In this document: positions 24,473 to 34,324 of the stretch, piece by piece
Layout: each line of letters opens with the position of its first letter
Numbering within the stretch: the first letter of the stretch is position 1
DNA from: a virus
Lineage: Duplodnaviria > Caudoviricetes
Reading direction: 5' to 3' (one strand)
DNA length: 50,547 bases
IMG/VR virus record: IMGVR_UViG_3300020156_000007
Span: 1 to 50,547 of that record
Translations under genes and position numbers: made by a program
Notes under the pieces: generated by a model
Databases searched by the model: none
What the model was told of the DNA's origin: nothing
Seen by the model: only the letters and a program-made list of their open reading frames with translations

Positions 24473-26563
24473 ATGGCCAGCGCCTTCGCCGGCATCGCCG
24501 GCCTGGCCAGGGCGGGCACGGTCGTGTTCGGCGCCCTGGCGGAGGCCGCCGAGCCCGCGCCGATGCGCTCCGTGGCGCAGTGGGCCGAGGAAGAGCGGTA
24601 CGTCGGGGCGGAATCGGGGTCATCGCGCCCGGGGAAGTGGCGCAACGCCACCACGCCCTACGGCGTCGAGCCGATGGAGTGCCTGGACGCGGACCATCCG
24701 GCCCGATCGGTGACGATCAAGGCCGGCGCCCAGCTGATCAAGTCCGAGATCGCGCTGAACTGGATCGGCCAGACCGTCGTCGACGACCCGACGGCCATGA
24801 TGATGGTGCTGCCCAGCCTCGACGAGCTGCGGAACTGGAACGTCACCAAGTGGCAGCCGACCGTGGACGCCACGCCGGAGCTGAGGAAGCGCATCTTCGA
24901 AGTGGTCGAGCGCGGCCGGACCGGCTCGACCTCGACCACCAAGCGATTCCGGCGCGGCTTCCTGATCGTGACGACGGCGATCTCGTCGAAGGGCCTGCAG
25001 GGCCGTTCGGTGAAGCGCCTGATCTGCGACGAGGTGTCCGAATTCCCGGCCGACGCCGGCGGGCGGGGCGACCCGATCAAGCAGGCGCAGACGCGCGGCG
25101 ACGGGCACGAGGACTTCAAGGGCCTGTACCTGTCGACGCCGAAGACCCTGCCGGACTGCCGCATCACGGTGATGTACGAGCGGGGCGACCAGCGGCTGTA
25201 CTACGTCGCCTGCCCGCACTGTGAGGCCAGGCAGCATCTGCTGCTGGACCGCCTCGTCCCGTCCATGGCCCATGCCGGCCGCGTCGCCTATCAGTGCGCC
25301 GGCTGCGAGCAGCAGATCGACGAGGTGCACAAGCCGGCGATGCTGGCGGGCGGCCGCTGGATCAAGACCTACGAGGACCGCGACCCGGACGACAAGTACG
25401 CGGCGGTGAACGCCCTGAACCCGGCCCCGCCGGACGCCTTCCCGGCCTCCTGGCTGGCGCACTGGCTTTCGCGCGGCTCGGCCGGGCGGGATCCGAGCTT
25501 CCACCTGTCGCAGCTCTATTCGCCGTTCAAGTCCTGGACTCTGCTCTGGAACGAGTACGACCAGGCCAAGCGCGACGTGGCCACGGGCAAGGATCCGGAG
25601 GCGCTGAAGGTCTTCACCCAGCAGAAGCTGGGCATGGCCTACGACCCCACGGTCGATGCGCCGCCGCACCAGAAGCTGTTCGAGTCGCGCGGCCGGTTCG
25701 TGAAGCGTGGCCTGGTCCCCGCCTGGGCCTGCGAGATCATCGGCGCCGCCGACGTCCAGGGCGACCGGGTGGAGTGGGACGCCTACGCCGTCGGCCCGGA
25801 CCTCTCGATGGCCCGGTTCGACTGGGGCGTGATCGAGATCGACCCGCTGGAGCCGGAGGCCTGGTCGGCCCTGGCCCAGGTCGTGGCCCGCCGCTTCGAC
25901 GGCGAGGCGACCATACCGCTGGGTTTCGACATCTTCGGCATCGACCTGGGCGGCAAGAAGGGCGTGACCGAGCGGGTCTATCGCTTCGTGCGCGGCCGTC
26001 ACAACGTGGTGGCGATCAAGGGCGCGTCGGATCCGGACTCCCTGCCCCTGGTGAAGGGGAAGCGGCGCACGATCCACCTGAAGTCGGGCGGCCTGACCGT
26101 CGAGCCGCACCTGGTCGGCGGCTACGGACTGAAGTCGGCCGTCTACGCCATGCTGGCCACGACCATCGCGGCGACGGAGGAGACGGGGCGGCTGCCGGGC
26201 GGGCTCTACAACCCGGCCGACGCGACCCACGAGGACTTCAAGCAGTACGTGGCCGAGGTCTTCCGCCAGCCGAAGACCATGCGGTCGAACGCGCGGGGCT
26301 GGTGGGAGCGCATCGCCGGCCAGGCCAACGAGCGGCTCGACCTCGCGGTCTATGCCCGCGGCCTGGCCTGGTTCCGAGGCGCGTTCCGGCGCACGCCGGA
26401 GGAGTGGCAGATGCTGTTCGAGGCGCGCGCCGCCCGGCCCGAGGCCGTGCTGCCGCTGTTCGAACACGCCGACGCCGCGCCGCCGCAGGTCCCGGAAGCG
26501 AAGACGGCCGAGAACCCGGGCAACGAGAGCCGGGGCTGGCACGACAGCCGGAGCAAGCTCTGA
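24473..26563 (+). CDS. Terminase large subunit (lambda GpA family)
   Basis: AQLIKSE, ICDEV, LSTP, GDQRLYYVACPHC, ADVQ, NERLDLAVYA. Confidence 0.95.
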   Translation: MASAFAGIAGLARAGTVVFGALAEAAEPAPMRSVAQWAEEERYVGAESGSSRPGKWRNATTPYGVEPMECLDADHPARSVTIKAGAQLIKSEIALNWIGQTVVDDPTAMMMVLPSLDELRNWNVTKWQPTVDATPELRKRIFEVVERGRTGSTSTTKRFRRGFLIVTTAISSKGLQGRSVKRLICDEVSEFPADAGGRGDPIKQAQTRGDGHEDFKGLYLSTPKTLPDCRITVMYERGDQRLYYVACPHCEARQHLLLDRLVPSMAHAGRVAYQCAGCEQQIDEVHKPAMLAGGRWIKTYEDRDPDDKYAAVNALNPAPPDAFPASWLAHWLSRGSAGRDPSFHLSQLYSPFKSWTLLWNEYDQAKRDVATGKDPEALKVFTQQKLGMAYDPTVDAPPHQKLFESRGRFVKRGLVPAWACEIIGAADVQGDRVEWDAYAVGPDLSMARFDWGVIEIDPLEPEAWSALAQVVARRFDGEATIPLGFDIFGIDLGGKKGVTERVYRFVRGRHNVVAIKGASDPDSLPLVKGKRRTIHLKSGGLTVEPHLVGGYGLKSAVYAMLATTIAATEETGRLPGGLYNPADATHEDFKQYVAEVFRQPKTMRSNARGWWERIAGQANERLDLAVYARGLAWFRGAFRRTPEEWQMLFEARAARPEAVLPLFEHADAAPPQVPEAKTAENPGNESRGWHDSRSKL

Positions 26564-26790
26564 TGGCCCTTTCGACCGAAGACGCCGCACGCCTGGCGTC
26601 GCTGAAGGCCGCCCGCGACCGCCTGATCAGCGGCAGCCAGGTGGAGAGCGTCACCGCCCACGGCCGCCGCGTCGACTACGGCGCCGCCGACCTGAACCGG
26701 CTCGACGCCGAGATCTGCGCCCTCGAGGCCGAGGGCGCCAGCCGCACCGGACGCCGACGCGGAGCCATCGGCTTCCGCTGGCGGACCTGA
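26563..26790 (+). CDS. Head-tail joining protein (gpW-like)
   Basis: LISGSQVESV..GRRVDY..DLNRL; position. Confidence 0.85.
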   Translation: MALSTEDAARLASLKAARDRLISGSQVESVTAHGRRVDYGAADLNRLDAEICALEAEGASRTGRRRGAIGFRWRT

Positions 26791-26809
26791 ACCCCCGAAG
26801 GAGGGACCG

Positions 26810-27094
26810 ATGACTGATCTGATAAAGCGCCTCGCCGTGGCCAGCGCAGAGCACGCTGCTGCCGTCACCGCCCTGGTGAAGTTTCCGTCCCGGCCCGTGC
26901 CGCAGACGCTGATCGCGCGGGTCGACGCTGCGAACAAGGAGCTGCAGGCGCTCGCCGGCGACGGCGAAGCCGCGCCGGAGGAGAAGAAGCCGGGCAGGAA
27001 GGGCCGCGAGAAGCCGGCGCCGGAGGTCGCCGCTCCGGCCTCCGCCTCCGAAAATGTTCAGCCGAGCGCCGAGGTAGCGAGCCCTCTCGTCTAA
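26810..27094 (+). CDS. Hypothetical protein
   Basis: Strong AAGGAGG RBS. Confidence 0.65.
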   Translation: MTDLIKRLAVASAEHAAAVTALVKFPSRPVPQTLIARVDAANKELQALAGDGEAAPEEKKPGRKGREKPAPEVAAPASASENVQPSAEVASPLV

Positions 27095-27109
27095 GCGAGC
27101 GCCGCTCGC
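27095..27109. repeat. 15-bp dispersed palindrome, copy 9
   Basis: GCGAGCGCCGCTCGC, immediately after a stop codon. Confidence 0.9.
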
Positions 27110-27205
27110 ATCGTTGCGCATGCCGCGCATCGGAGAGGGGCGTGCGTGGCCATGCGCGTCCGGGCCGCGCCGCCCCTCTCCACCCTCTGCCGGAGGCTCC
27201 CGCCC

Positions 27206-28846
27206 ATGTCCCAGCCCCGCCGCCTGCTCGACGCGTCCGGTCGCCCGCTGCCCCAGGGCGTGGGCATGGTCGTGCGCGCCATGGCCAGCGGCGTGGGGAC
27301 CATCGGCGACAGCCTGGTCCCGGCCGCCTATGACGCCGGCTCCCAGACTGACCCGATGATGGCCGACGTGGCGACCATGCGCTCGCCCGACCGGGCCTGG
27401 CTGCCGCACCGCAACACCTCGGTCGCCCGGGTCCGGGCCCTGCACCGCAACGACCCGGTCGCCAAGTCGGCGGTGAAGCGCAAGCGCACGGCCGCCGTGG
27501 GCAAGGGCTGGCGCCTCTCGTCGCGGCCCGACTATCGCGCGCTGGGGATCTCGATCGAGCAGGCCCGCGAGCTGGGCGCCGCCATCGAGACCGAGTTTCG
27601 GCCCTTCGCCTACGGCCACGACTTCCAGATCGACGCCGAACGCCAGAAGAACCTCGGCCAGCTGCTGGGCCTCATCGTCAGCCACGACATGATCGACGGC
27701 GAGGCGCTGGGTCTGGTCGAGTATGCCGACGACGAGCCGACCCGCTATCGGACCCGGCTGCGTATCGTCCACCCGGACCGCCTGTCCAACCCGACGGGCA
27801 AGCCGAACAGCCCGCAGCTGGCGGGCGGGGTCGAGCGGAACGCCGCCGGCGTGCCGGTGCGCTACTGGATCCGCGAGCGTCACCCCTCCGAGCTGGGCGT
27901 GGCCACGGCGCGGCCGAACTGGACCGGCTATGACCGCTTCACGCCCTGGGGCCGCCCCCAGGTGCTGCATACCTTCGACTGCGAGGAGGCGGGCCAGACG
28001 CGCGGCGTCTCGCGTTTCGCCGCCTCGCTGAAGAGTTTCCGCGCCCTGTCGCGTTTCACCGACGCGACCCTGCAGGCCGCCACGATCAACGCCCTGATGG
28101 TGGCCTTCATCAAGTCCAGCGCCGGTCCGGACGCCGTGTCCGAGAGCCTGTCGATGGAGGACATCCGCGGCTACGAGAGCAGCCGCGAGGGCTTCTACGA
28201 CAAGCATCCCGTCTCGCTGGACGGCGGCGCCCGCATGCCGGTGCTGCCCTTCGGCGACGAGATCCAGATGCAGACCGGCGCCAAGGACGTCAGCCAGTTC
28301 GACGCCTTCATCCGCGCCGTCATCCGCCTGATCGCGGCCTCGCTGGGCGTGACCTACGAAGAGCTGACCATGGACTACTCGCAGACGAACTATTCGTCGG
28401 CGCGGGCGGCCATGATCCCGGCCTGGAACGAGACCCAGGAGCTGGTGGCGCGGCTGGAGGCCCAGATCGTCAAGCCCCTGTTCGTGGCCTGGCTCGAAGA
28501 GGCCTTCGACAGCGGCTACGTCGAGATGCCCGCAGGCGCGCCGGACTTCTACGACGCGGTCGACGCCTACGCCCAGTCGCGCTGGATCGGTCCCGGTCGC
28601 GGCTTCATCGACCCGACCAAGGAGATCGACGCCGCCGCCGCGAGGATTGAGGCCAAGGTCTCCACCCTCGAGGACGAATGCGCCGAGCAGGGCAAGGACT
28701 GGGAAGAAGTGCTGGAGCAGCAGGCCCGCGAGAAGGCCCGCCGGGCCGAACTCGAGCTGGACACGCAGTCCGGCGCCCTGGCCCGCGCCGCCGAGACCAG
28801 CCGCGATCCCGCCCACAACGCCGCGCTGGCCGAGCGCGCGGCCTGA
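27206..28846 (+). CDS. Portal protein (lambda family)
   Basis: GQTRGVS, DYSQTNYSSARAA, IDPTKE. Confidence 0.95.
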   Translation: MSQPRRLLDASGRPLPQGVGMVVRAMASGVGTIGDSLVPAAYDAGSQTDPMMADVATMRSPDRAWLPHRNTSVARVRALHRNDPVAKSAVKRKRTAAVGKGWRLSSRPDYRALGISIEQARELGAAIETEFRPFAYGHDFQIDAERQKNLGQLLGLIVSHDMIDGEALGLVEYADDEPTRYRTRLRIVHPDRLSNPTGKPNSPQLAGGVERNAAGVPVRYWIRERHPSELGVATARPNWTGYDRFTPWGRPQVLHTFDCEEAGQTRGVSRFAASLKSFRALSRFTDATLQAATINALMVAFIKSSAGPDAVSESLSMEDIRGYESSREGFYDKHPVSLDGGARMPVLPFGDEIQMQTGAKDVSQFDAFIRAVIRLIAASLGVTYEELTMDYSQTNYSSARAAMIPAWNETQELVARLEAQIVKPLFVAWLEEAFDSGYVEMPAGAPDFYDAVDAYAQSRWIGPGRGFIDPTKEIDAAAARIEAKVSTLEDECAEQGKDWEEVLEQQAREKARRAELELDTQSGALARAAETSRDPAHNAALAERAA

Positions 28847-28857
28847 CCGAGGTTCCC

Positions 28858-30399
28858 ATGCGCGATCCCGCCAGCCTCGCGACCCGCTATGCGGGCCGCC
28901 CCGTCCTGATGACGTCCACAGCCGCCCGGTCGTACGCCGAGCGGCTGCGGGCGCTGGACCCTCGTGCCTTCGAGCGGCCCAGCCGCATGGACGCGATCCT
29001 GCGCAAGCTGAGCTTCGTGGGGCAGGGCCGGCGAGCGCCGCTCGCGATGGAGGACGCCGAGGCCGCGGGCGACCCTATCCCCGAAGTCCCGCTGGAGGAG
29101 CGCCTCGCCTATTCCCCGCGCTGGGCCGGCGAGCCTGACGACCTTGGCTTCTGCTGGAGCCTGAACCGCGGCGTCGCCCTGATCTGCTGCGACACGCCCT
29201 TGGTGGAGCGCGGCGACATCTGGTGCGGCGACGTCTTCCACGGCTACGACACCCTGACGATCGCGTTCCGGGAGGCTCTGGCCGACGAACGGGTCAAGGG
29301 CGTGTTCCTGCGCCTGGACAGCCCCGGCGGCGTGGTCGGCGGCGGGCTGCCCGCCTTGGCGGCCCTGATCCGCGACAACCGCGAGGCCGCCGGCGGCAAG
29401 CCGATCTGGGTCTATGCCGACATGGCCTGTTCGGCCGCCTACTGGATCGCCGCCCAGGCGGACCGGATCCTGGCGCCGGGCGTCGGCCTGGTCGGATCCA
29501 TCGGCGCGGTCATCGTGCACGAGAACTGGTCCGCAGCGCTCGCCAAGGAAGGCGTGGAGATCACGTCGATTGAGTTCCCGGCAGACGGCCTGAAGACCGA
29601 CGGGGCTTGGTGGAAGTCACTGAGCGAGACCGCCTTGACGGCGCTCACCTCCGATGTCGCCCAGGTAGGGCGCGACTTCATCGCCGACGTTTCCGCCGGC
29701 AGGCCTCACCTGACCGGGGAGGCGCTGCTCGCCACCCAGGCCGACGCCTACATGGCCCGCCACGACGACCCTGCCCGCTCCGGCGAGGCGCTGGGCTTCG
29801 TCGACGGCATCGCCACGGAAGAGCAGGCCTTCGAGCAGCTGCTGGCCCACATCGCCGCGCCCGCCGAAGGCACGGCCGAGGACTCCCAACCCCCTGCGGC
29901 TCCGGTCTCCGGCTCCGCGCCCGCTGCATCCAAGGAGACCCCCATGCGCAGCACCACGACCGCGCCCCGCCAGTCCAAGGCCGAGCGCATCGCCGCCATC
30001 GACGCCTCCGCCGAGGACAAGCTGGATCGCATTCAGCAAATCCTCGACGAGCCGGACGAGGAAGAGAAGCCCGAGGAAGAGCCTCCGGCCGATCCGCCGG
30101 CGGACGACACCACGGCCCAGTCCGGCGCCCAGGCCGACGCCCAGCGCATCGCCGGCAGCGCCGAGGCCAAGGCCCATCCGCACCTGGCCAACGCCGCCAT
30201 CGCGACCGGCCAGACCTTCGCCCAGTTCAAGGCGACGATCGCCGCCCATGCCTCCGCGCCCAAGGCCGTCCGCCAGCTGGGCGCCGCCATGGCCGGCTCG
30301 AAGCGCCTGGGCCCGGACGCGACGGCCGGCTCCAGCGGCGATGCTCAGCCCTCCGCCCTGGCCCGCCGGGCCGAGGCGCGGCGCACCGCGGCGGCCTGA
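28858..30399 (+). CDS. S49 head maturation protease (gpC-like)
   Basis: LDSPGG, MACSAAYWIA, GSIG. Confidence 0.92.
   Translation: MRDPASLATRYAGRPVLMTSTAARSYAERLRALDPRAFERPSRMDAILRKLSFVGQGRRAPLAMEDAEAAGDPIPEVPLEERLAYSPRWAGEPDDLGFCWSLNRGVALICCDTPLVERGDIWCGDVFHGYDTLTIAFREALADERVKGVFLRLDSPGGVVGGGLPALAALIRDNREAAGGKPIWVYADMACSAAYWIAAQADRILAPGVGLVGSIGAVIVHENWSAALAKEGVEITSIEFPADGLKTDGAWWKSLSETALTALTSDVAQVGRDFIADVSAGRPHLTGEALLATQADAYMARHDDPARSGEALGFVDGIATEEQAFEQLLAHIAAPAEGTAEDSQPPAAPVSGSAPAASKETPMRSTTTAPRQSKAERIAAIDASAEDKLDRIQQILDEPDEEEKPEEEPPADPPADDTTAQSGAQADAQRIAGSAEAKAHPHLANAAIATGQTFAQFKATIAAHASAPKAVRQLGAAMAGSKRLGPDATAGSSGDAQPSALARRAEARRTAAA
29031..29045. repeat. 15-bp dispersed palindrome, copy 10
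   Basis: GCGAGCGCCGCTCGC. Confidence 0.9.
29944..30399 (+). CDS. Nested in-frame scaffolding protein (Nu3-like)
   Basis: Internal AAGGAG RBS at 29932 plus in-frame ATG after a P/A-rich linker. Confidence 0.6.
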   Translation: MRSTTTAPRQSKAERIAAIDASAEDKLDRIQQILDEPDEEEKPEEEPPADPPADDTTAQSGAQADAQRIAGSAEAKAHPHLANAAIATGQTFAQFKATIAAHASAPKAVRQLGAAMAGSKRLGPDATAGSSGDAQPSALARRAEARRTAAA

Positions 30400-30485
30400 T
30401 CCGACACCAGCCCCGGCCCGCGCCCTGACGGGCCGGGGCTCCCGCCTTCAGGGCATTCCCAACCTGAACCGAAGAGGAGGCCGCC

Positions 30486-31181
30486 ATGACCATGCGCGCC
30501 TATGCAATCGCCGCTGCGGCCATGGGCCTCAGCGATCTCATCCACTCCGAGTCCGACTCGACCTACACGACCAGCCGCCTGACCCTGAAGGGCGGCGTCG
30601 GCACCGCCCGCGAGGTCTCGCTCGGCCAGCTCGCCGCCATCGTCGATCGCGGGACGGCCGCCGTCACGCCGACCGCTGATGCCGGCAACACTGGCAACGG
30701 CTCCATCGGCACGGTGACGGCCGACGCCGGCGCCCAGGAAGGCGTCTGGAACGTCGTCATCATCGAACCCGCCTCCAACGCCGGCGAGTTCGAAGTGACC
30801 CGCCCGGACGGCACGGTCGACGGCACCGGCACGGTCGCCGTGGCCTACAACGGCGGCATCAACTTCACCCTGGCCGACGGCGCGACCGACTTCGCCGCCG
30901 GGGACCGATGGACCATCGGGGTCAACTTCCCCGACGACGACGGCAAGGCCGTGGCCTGGGACCCGGCCGGGACGGACGGCAGCCAGTTCATCGCCGGCGT
31001 CTTCCTGGAGAACGCCGTGGCCGACGTCGGTGTCGACGGCAAGGTCAACGTCCTTGCTCGCGGCCGGGCCATCCTGCGCCGCGAGAACATCGTCTGGCCG
31101 GACGGCGCCACGGCCGACCAGAAGGCCGCCGCCTATCAGGCGCTCAAGGCGCTCGGCATCGAGCCGCGCGTCTCGGGCTAA
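30486..31181 (+). CDS. Head decoration protein (gpD-like with insertion)
   Basis: WDPAGTDGSQ..AGV; lies between protease and capsid. Confidence 0.8.
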   Translation: MTMRAYAIAAAAMGLSDLIHSESDSTYTTSRLTLKGGVGTAREVSLGQLAAIVDRGTAAVTPTADAGNTGNGSIGTVTADAGAQEGVWNVVIIEPASNAGEFEVTRPDGTVDGTGTVAVAYNGGINFTLADGATDFAAGDRWTIGVNFPDDDGKAVAWDPAGTDGSQFIAGVFLENAVADVGVDGKVNVLARGRAILRRENIVWPDGATADQKAAAYQALKALGIEPRVSG

Positions 31182-31279
31182 GCCCGAACCCAAACGGCCG
31201 CGGCGTGCGCCCTGACGCGCCGCGGCCCTGACGACCCGCAGGGCGCTCCCTCACATCATCCCGAGAAAAGGAGGTCCCG

Positions 31280-32353
31280 ATGGACCCCGAAGTCCTTGAG
31301 GGCGCATCCGCCCTGCCGTTCCTGGCCGCCGACCACGTCGCGTCCATCAACACCATCCCGTCGACCTTCGGCCAGCTGAACGCCGACGGCATGTTCCCGG
31401 CCGAAGGCCTGCCCACGGCCTTCGTCGAGATCATCATCGAAAACGGCGTCATCCGCGCCCTGCCGGCCACGCCGGACGGCCGCCCGTCGAGCATCGCCCG
31501 GCACGAGAAGTCGTCCAGCATCATCCTGAAGATCCCGAACGTCAGCCACGAAGACAGCGTCATGGCCGTGGATCTTCGCGACTGGCTGGCCATGGCCCGC
31601 CGCTCGCGCGACGGCGAGGATACGCTGGCCGGCTTCGTCGAGAAGCGGCATCGCCGCAACCGCCTGAAGTTCGACATGACCCTCGAGGTCATGAAGATGG
31701 GTGCGCTGAAGGGGCTGATCAAAGACGGCGCCGGCGACACCCTCTACGACCTCAACTCCATCTTCGGCGTCACTCGCAAGACGGTCTACTTCGACCTCGC
31801 CAACACCTCGACCAATGTGGCCGAGAAGATCGAGGAGGTGGTCGCCTGGATCGAGGATCACCTGATCAACGAGACGGCCAACGGCATCGAGGCGCGGGTC
31901 TCGCCGGAGTTCATGACGGCGCTGATCAACCACGCCAGCTTCCAGAAGTACTTCCTGCAGACGCCGGAAGCCCAGGCCCTTCTGGCGGTCGGCCGCAGCC
32001 AGTCGGCCAACGGCTTCAGCCGCACGTTCGACACCCGCGCCGGCCTCGTGCTGCGCGAGTACCGCGCCCGCTACACTCCTTGGGGCGCGGACTCGACCGT
32101 TCGTCTGATCGACGAGGGCGAGGGGCACGCCTACCCGACCGGCACGATCGACGTGGAGCGCACCTACGTCGCGCCGCCCATCGACATGGCCGAACTGGGC
32201 AGCGTCGGCGACACCGCGGACCTGATCCACATGACGGTCGAGCCGATGAAGCACGGCCGCGGCGAGGAGTGGGCGTACCAGATGAACGCCCTGCCGGTCT
32301 GGAGCCAGCCGGCCCTGGTGGTCGACCTGGACGACGGCGCCGACCCGGGCTGA
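31280..32353 (+). CDS. Major capsid protein (lambda gpE family)
   Basis: TLEVMKMGALKG..DGAG..LYDL..FGV; strong RBS. Confidence 0.92.
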   Translation: MDPEVLEGASALPFLAADHVASINTIPSTFGQLNADGMFPAEGLPTAFVEIIIENGVIRALPATPDGRPSSIARHEKSSSIILKIPNVSHEDSVMAVDLRDWLAMARRSRDGEDTLAGFVEKRHRRNRLKFDMTLEVMKMGALKGLIKDGAGDTLYDLNSIFGVTRKTVYFDLANTSTNVAEKIEEVVAWIEDHLINETANGIEARVSPEFMTALINHASFQKYFLQTPEAQALLAVGRSQSANGFSRTFDTRAGLVLREYRARYTPWGADSTVRLIDEGEGHAYPTGTIDVERTYVAPPIDMAELGSVGDTADLIHMTVEPMKHGRGEEWAYQMNALPVWSQPALVVDLDDGADPG

Positions 32354-32372
32354 TCGCCCGCCTGACGCGGGG

Positions 32373-32387
32373 GCGAGCGCCGCTCGC
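32373..32387. repeat. 15-bp dispersed palindrome, copy 11
   Basis: GCGAGCGCCGCTCGC, within an extended hairpin after the capsid gene. Confidence 0.9.
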
Positions 32388-32417
32388 TCCCGCGCTTTCC
32401 TCACGCGGAGGCCCAGC

Positions 32418-32759
32418 ATGTCATTCACCGACCTGGTCCTCGGGATCGACGACGCGGTCGAGACGCATCTCTGCGATCCGGCCGTCTATCGCTCGCTCGA
32501 CGCGCCGGCGACGGACGTCGAGATCCGCGCCGTGCTGGAGCGGCCGAGCGAGGCCGAGCAGATCCAGCAGACCGCCTGGGTGCGGTCCAAGCCGACCGTC
32601 CGCTTCCGCCGCGCTGGCGTGCCGTCGCCCCGTCGCGGCGACCTGATCCAGTTCGGCGCCGCGCCCTGGAGCGGCGCCCGCGAGACCTGGGCGCTCGCCG
32701 CCGTCCCCGAAGCGCCCGACGACGGCGGCTGGTGGGTCTGCGACGTCGAGCCCGCCTAG
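32418..32759 (+). CDS. Head-tail joining protein
   Basis: Position; PRRGD motif. Confidence 0.7.
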   Translation: MSFTDLVLGIDDAVETHLCDPAVYRSLDAPATDVEIRAVLERPSEAEQIQQTAWVRSKPTVRFRRAGVPSPRRGDLIQFGAAPWSGARETWALAAVPEAPDDGGWWVCDVEPA

Positions 32760-32771
32760 GGAGCGATCCTG

Positions 32772-33500
32772 ATGCAGATCGGCGCGGCCCTGCTGGGCAA
32801 CCTCGACGACGAGATGCGCAAGGGCCGCAGCCACGTCGCCCGGGCGGCCCGGACGGCCATCGTCGGCACGGCCCAGGGGTTGCAATCGAAACTGCGGCAG
32901 GACTTTGCCTCCTCGCGCCTGGCGCGGGGGGCGGAACTGCAGAAGACATGGCGGGTGCGGTTCTATCCCGCCGGGGCGAAGGAGACGCTGAACCCGGCGG
33001 CCCTGGTCTATTCGACCATGCCGCAGGTGACGATGGCCTTCGAGAAGGGCGCGACCGTCACCGTCAACGGCAAGAAGGGGGCCCTGGTCCCGAATGCCGC
33101 GGTTTGGGGCGAGGGGCGGGTGCGCCGGCCGAGCGGCCGGGCGTCCAAGTCGGTTTCGACCTTCGACGTGGCCCTGCGCCGCTACGGCGGATTGCAGTGG
33201 ATCCCGACGCCGGGCAACGACGACCTGGTCGGGGTGTTCGTGGCCAAGCTGGACAAGGGGCTGAGCCGGACCGGAAAGCGCCGCAAGGCCGGGGTCCGGG
33301 CCCTGCGAAAGGGCGAGTACGACCGCGAGGTCGTGTTCTGGGTCATCCATGAGCCGCGGCTGCCCCGCCTGTTGCGGGGCGACGTGATCCGCCGCCGCAC
33401 CGAACGCGATGCGCCCGACGAGATCGCCCGGCGCTTCATCGCCGCCTTCGAGCGCGACCAGGGCGGCGTCCAGGCGCGACTGACCGGACCGGAGATGTGA
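32772..33500 (+). CDS. Neck/minor tail protein (basic)
   Basis: Position; SLNPAA-like motif, AFEKGA. Confidence 0.7.
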   Translation: MQIGAALLGNLDDEMRKGRSHVARAARTAIVGTAQGLQSKLRQDFASSRLARGAELQKTWRVRFYPAGAKETLNPAALVYSTMPQVTMAFEKGATVTVNGKKGALVPNAAVWGEGRVRRPSGRASKSVSTFDVALRRYGGLQWIPTPGNDDLVGVFVAKLDKGLSRTGKRRKAGVRALRKGEYDREVVFWVIHEPRLPRLLRGDVIRRRTERDAPDEIARRFIAAFERDQGGVQARLTGPEM

Positions 33501-33501
33501 C

Positions 33502-33996
33502 ATGGCGGGCATCGGTCCGGTCGGTACGGCCTATCAGGCGCTGCACGGCCGCATCGAGGCGGCCCTTCGTGCTGGCGACATCCTGGGCCCGGACGACCGG
33601 CTGCAGCTGGATCCGGAATCCCCGTTCGAGCCGAACGGCGACGAGCGGGAACTGATCAGTTCCGCCGCCATGCTGAAGGTCCAGACCCGGCCGAACCGGG
33701 CCGAGATGGGCGGGCCCAACGGCGCCGTCTGGGCCGTCGAGTGCGACGTCCGCGTCGAGCTGGCCTGCGCCGGTCCGCAACGGCTGCGCCAGGCGCGGCT
33801 GCAGACCTTCGAACATGGCCTCGCCGCCATGGCCGCTGCCGTCACTGACGACGCCACCCTGGGCGGCGCGGCCGAGCGCTGCTGGCTGGTCGGCCGCGAG
33901 GACGGTGACCTGCCGCCCAACGGCTCCCTGGCCGTGTTGGGCGTCACCTTTCGCGTCCGGTCCGGCGACATGCTGGGCCTGACCTATCCCCGCTAG
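33502..33996 (+). CDS. Tail terminator-like protein
   Basis: DATLGG motif; position. Confidence 0.65.
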   Translation: MAGIGPVGTAYQALHGRIEAALRAGDILGPDDRLQLDPESPFEPNGDERELISSAAMLKVQTRPNRAEMGGPNGAVWAVECDVRVELACAGPQRLRQARLQTFEHGLAAMAAAVTDDATLGGAAERCWLVGREDGDLPPNGSLAVLGVTFRVRSGDMLGLTYPR

Positions 33997-34005
33997 GAGC
34001 GCGCC

Positions 34006-34218
34006 ATGTCCGCGAAGGCTGGAACCAAGAAGACCGACGCCCCGCTGGATCGGGATCTCGACGGCGAGGCCGGCGGATCGACCGGCAAGGTCCCGGTCGT
34101 CACCCTCGAGGGCGGGATCGACGAGATGCCGATCGGCGAGGCGCGCGCTGCGATCGACGCCGGGAGCGTCCTGCGCCTCGCGACCGAGATCGACCTGAAG
34201 ATCGCCGGCAGGCTCTGA
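34006..34218 (+). CDS. Small hypothetical protein
   Basis: AGGAG RBS. Confidence 0.6.
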   Translation: MSAKAGTKKTDAPLDRDLDGEAGGSTGKVPVVTLEGGIDEMPIGEARAAIDAGSVLRLATEIDLKIAGRL

Positions 34219-34243
34219 GCCTCCGCGCTCCCCTGACACCTGA

Positions 34244-34282
34244 CCCTCATCCCACCCCTTCTCCCTGAGGGAGAAGGGCGAC
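34244..34282. repeat. REP-like intergenic repeat
   Basis: 39 bp nearly identical to 43998..44036; cccttctccc/ggagaaggg stem. Confidence 0.8.
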
Positions 34283-34324
34283 GGCAGCGCCTTCGGCGCC
34301 GCGCTTCTTGCACCGGAGGCCCTC

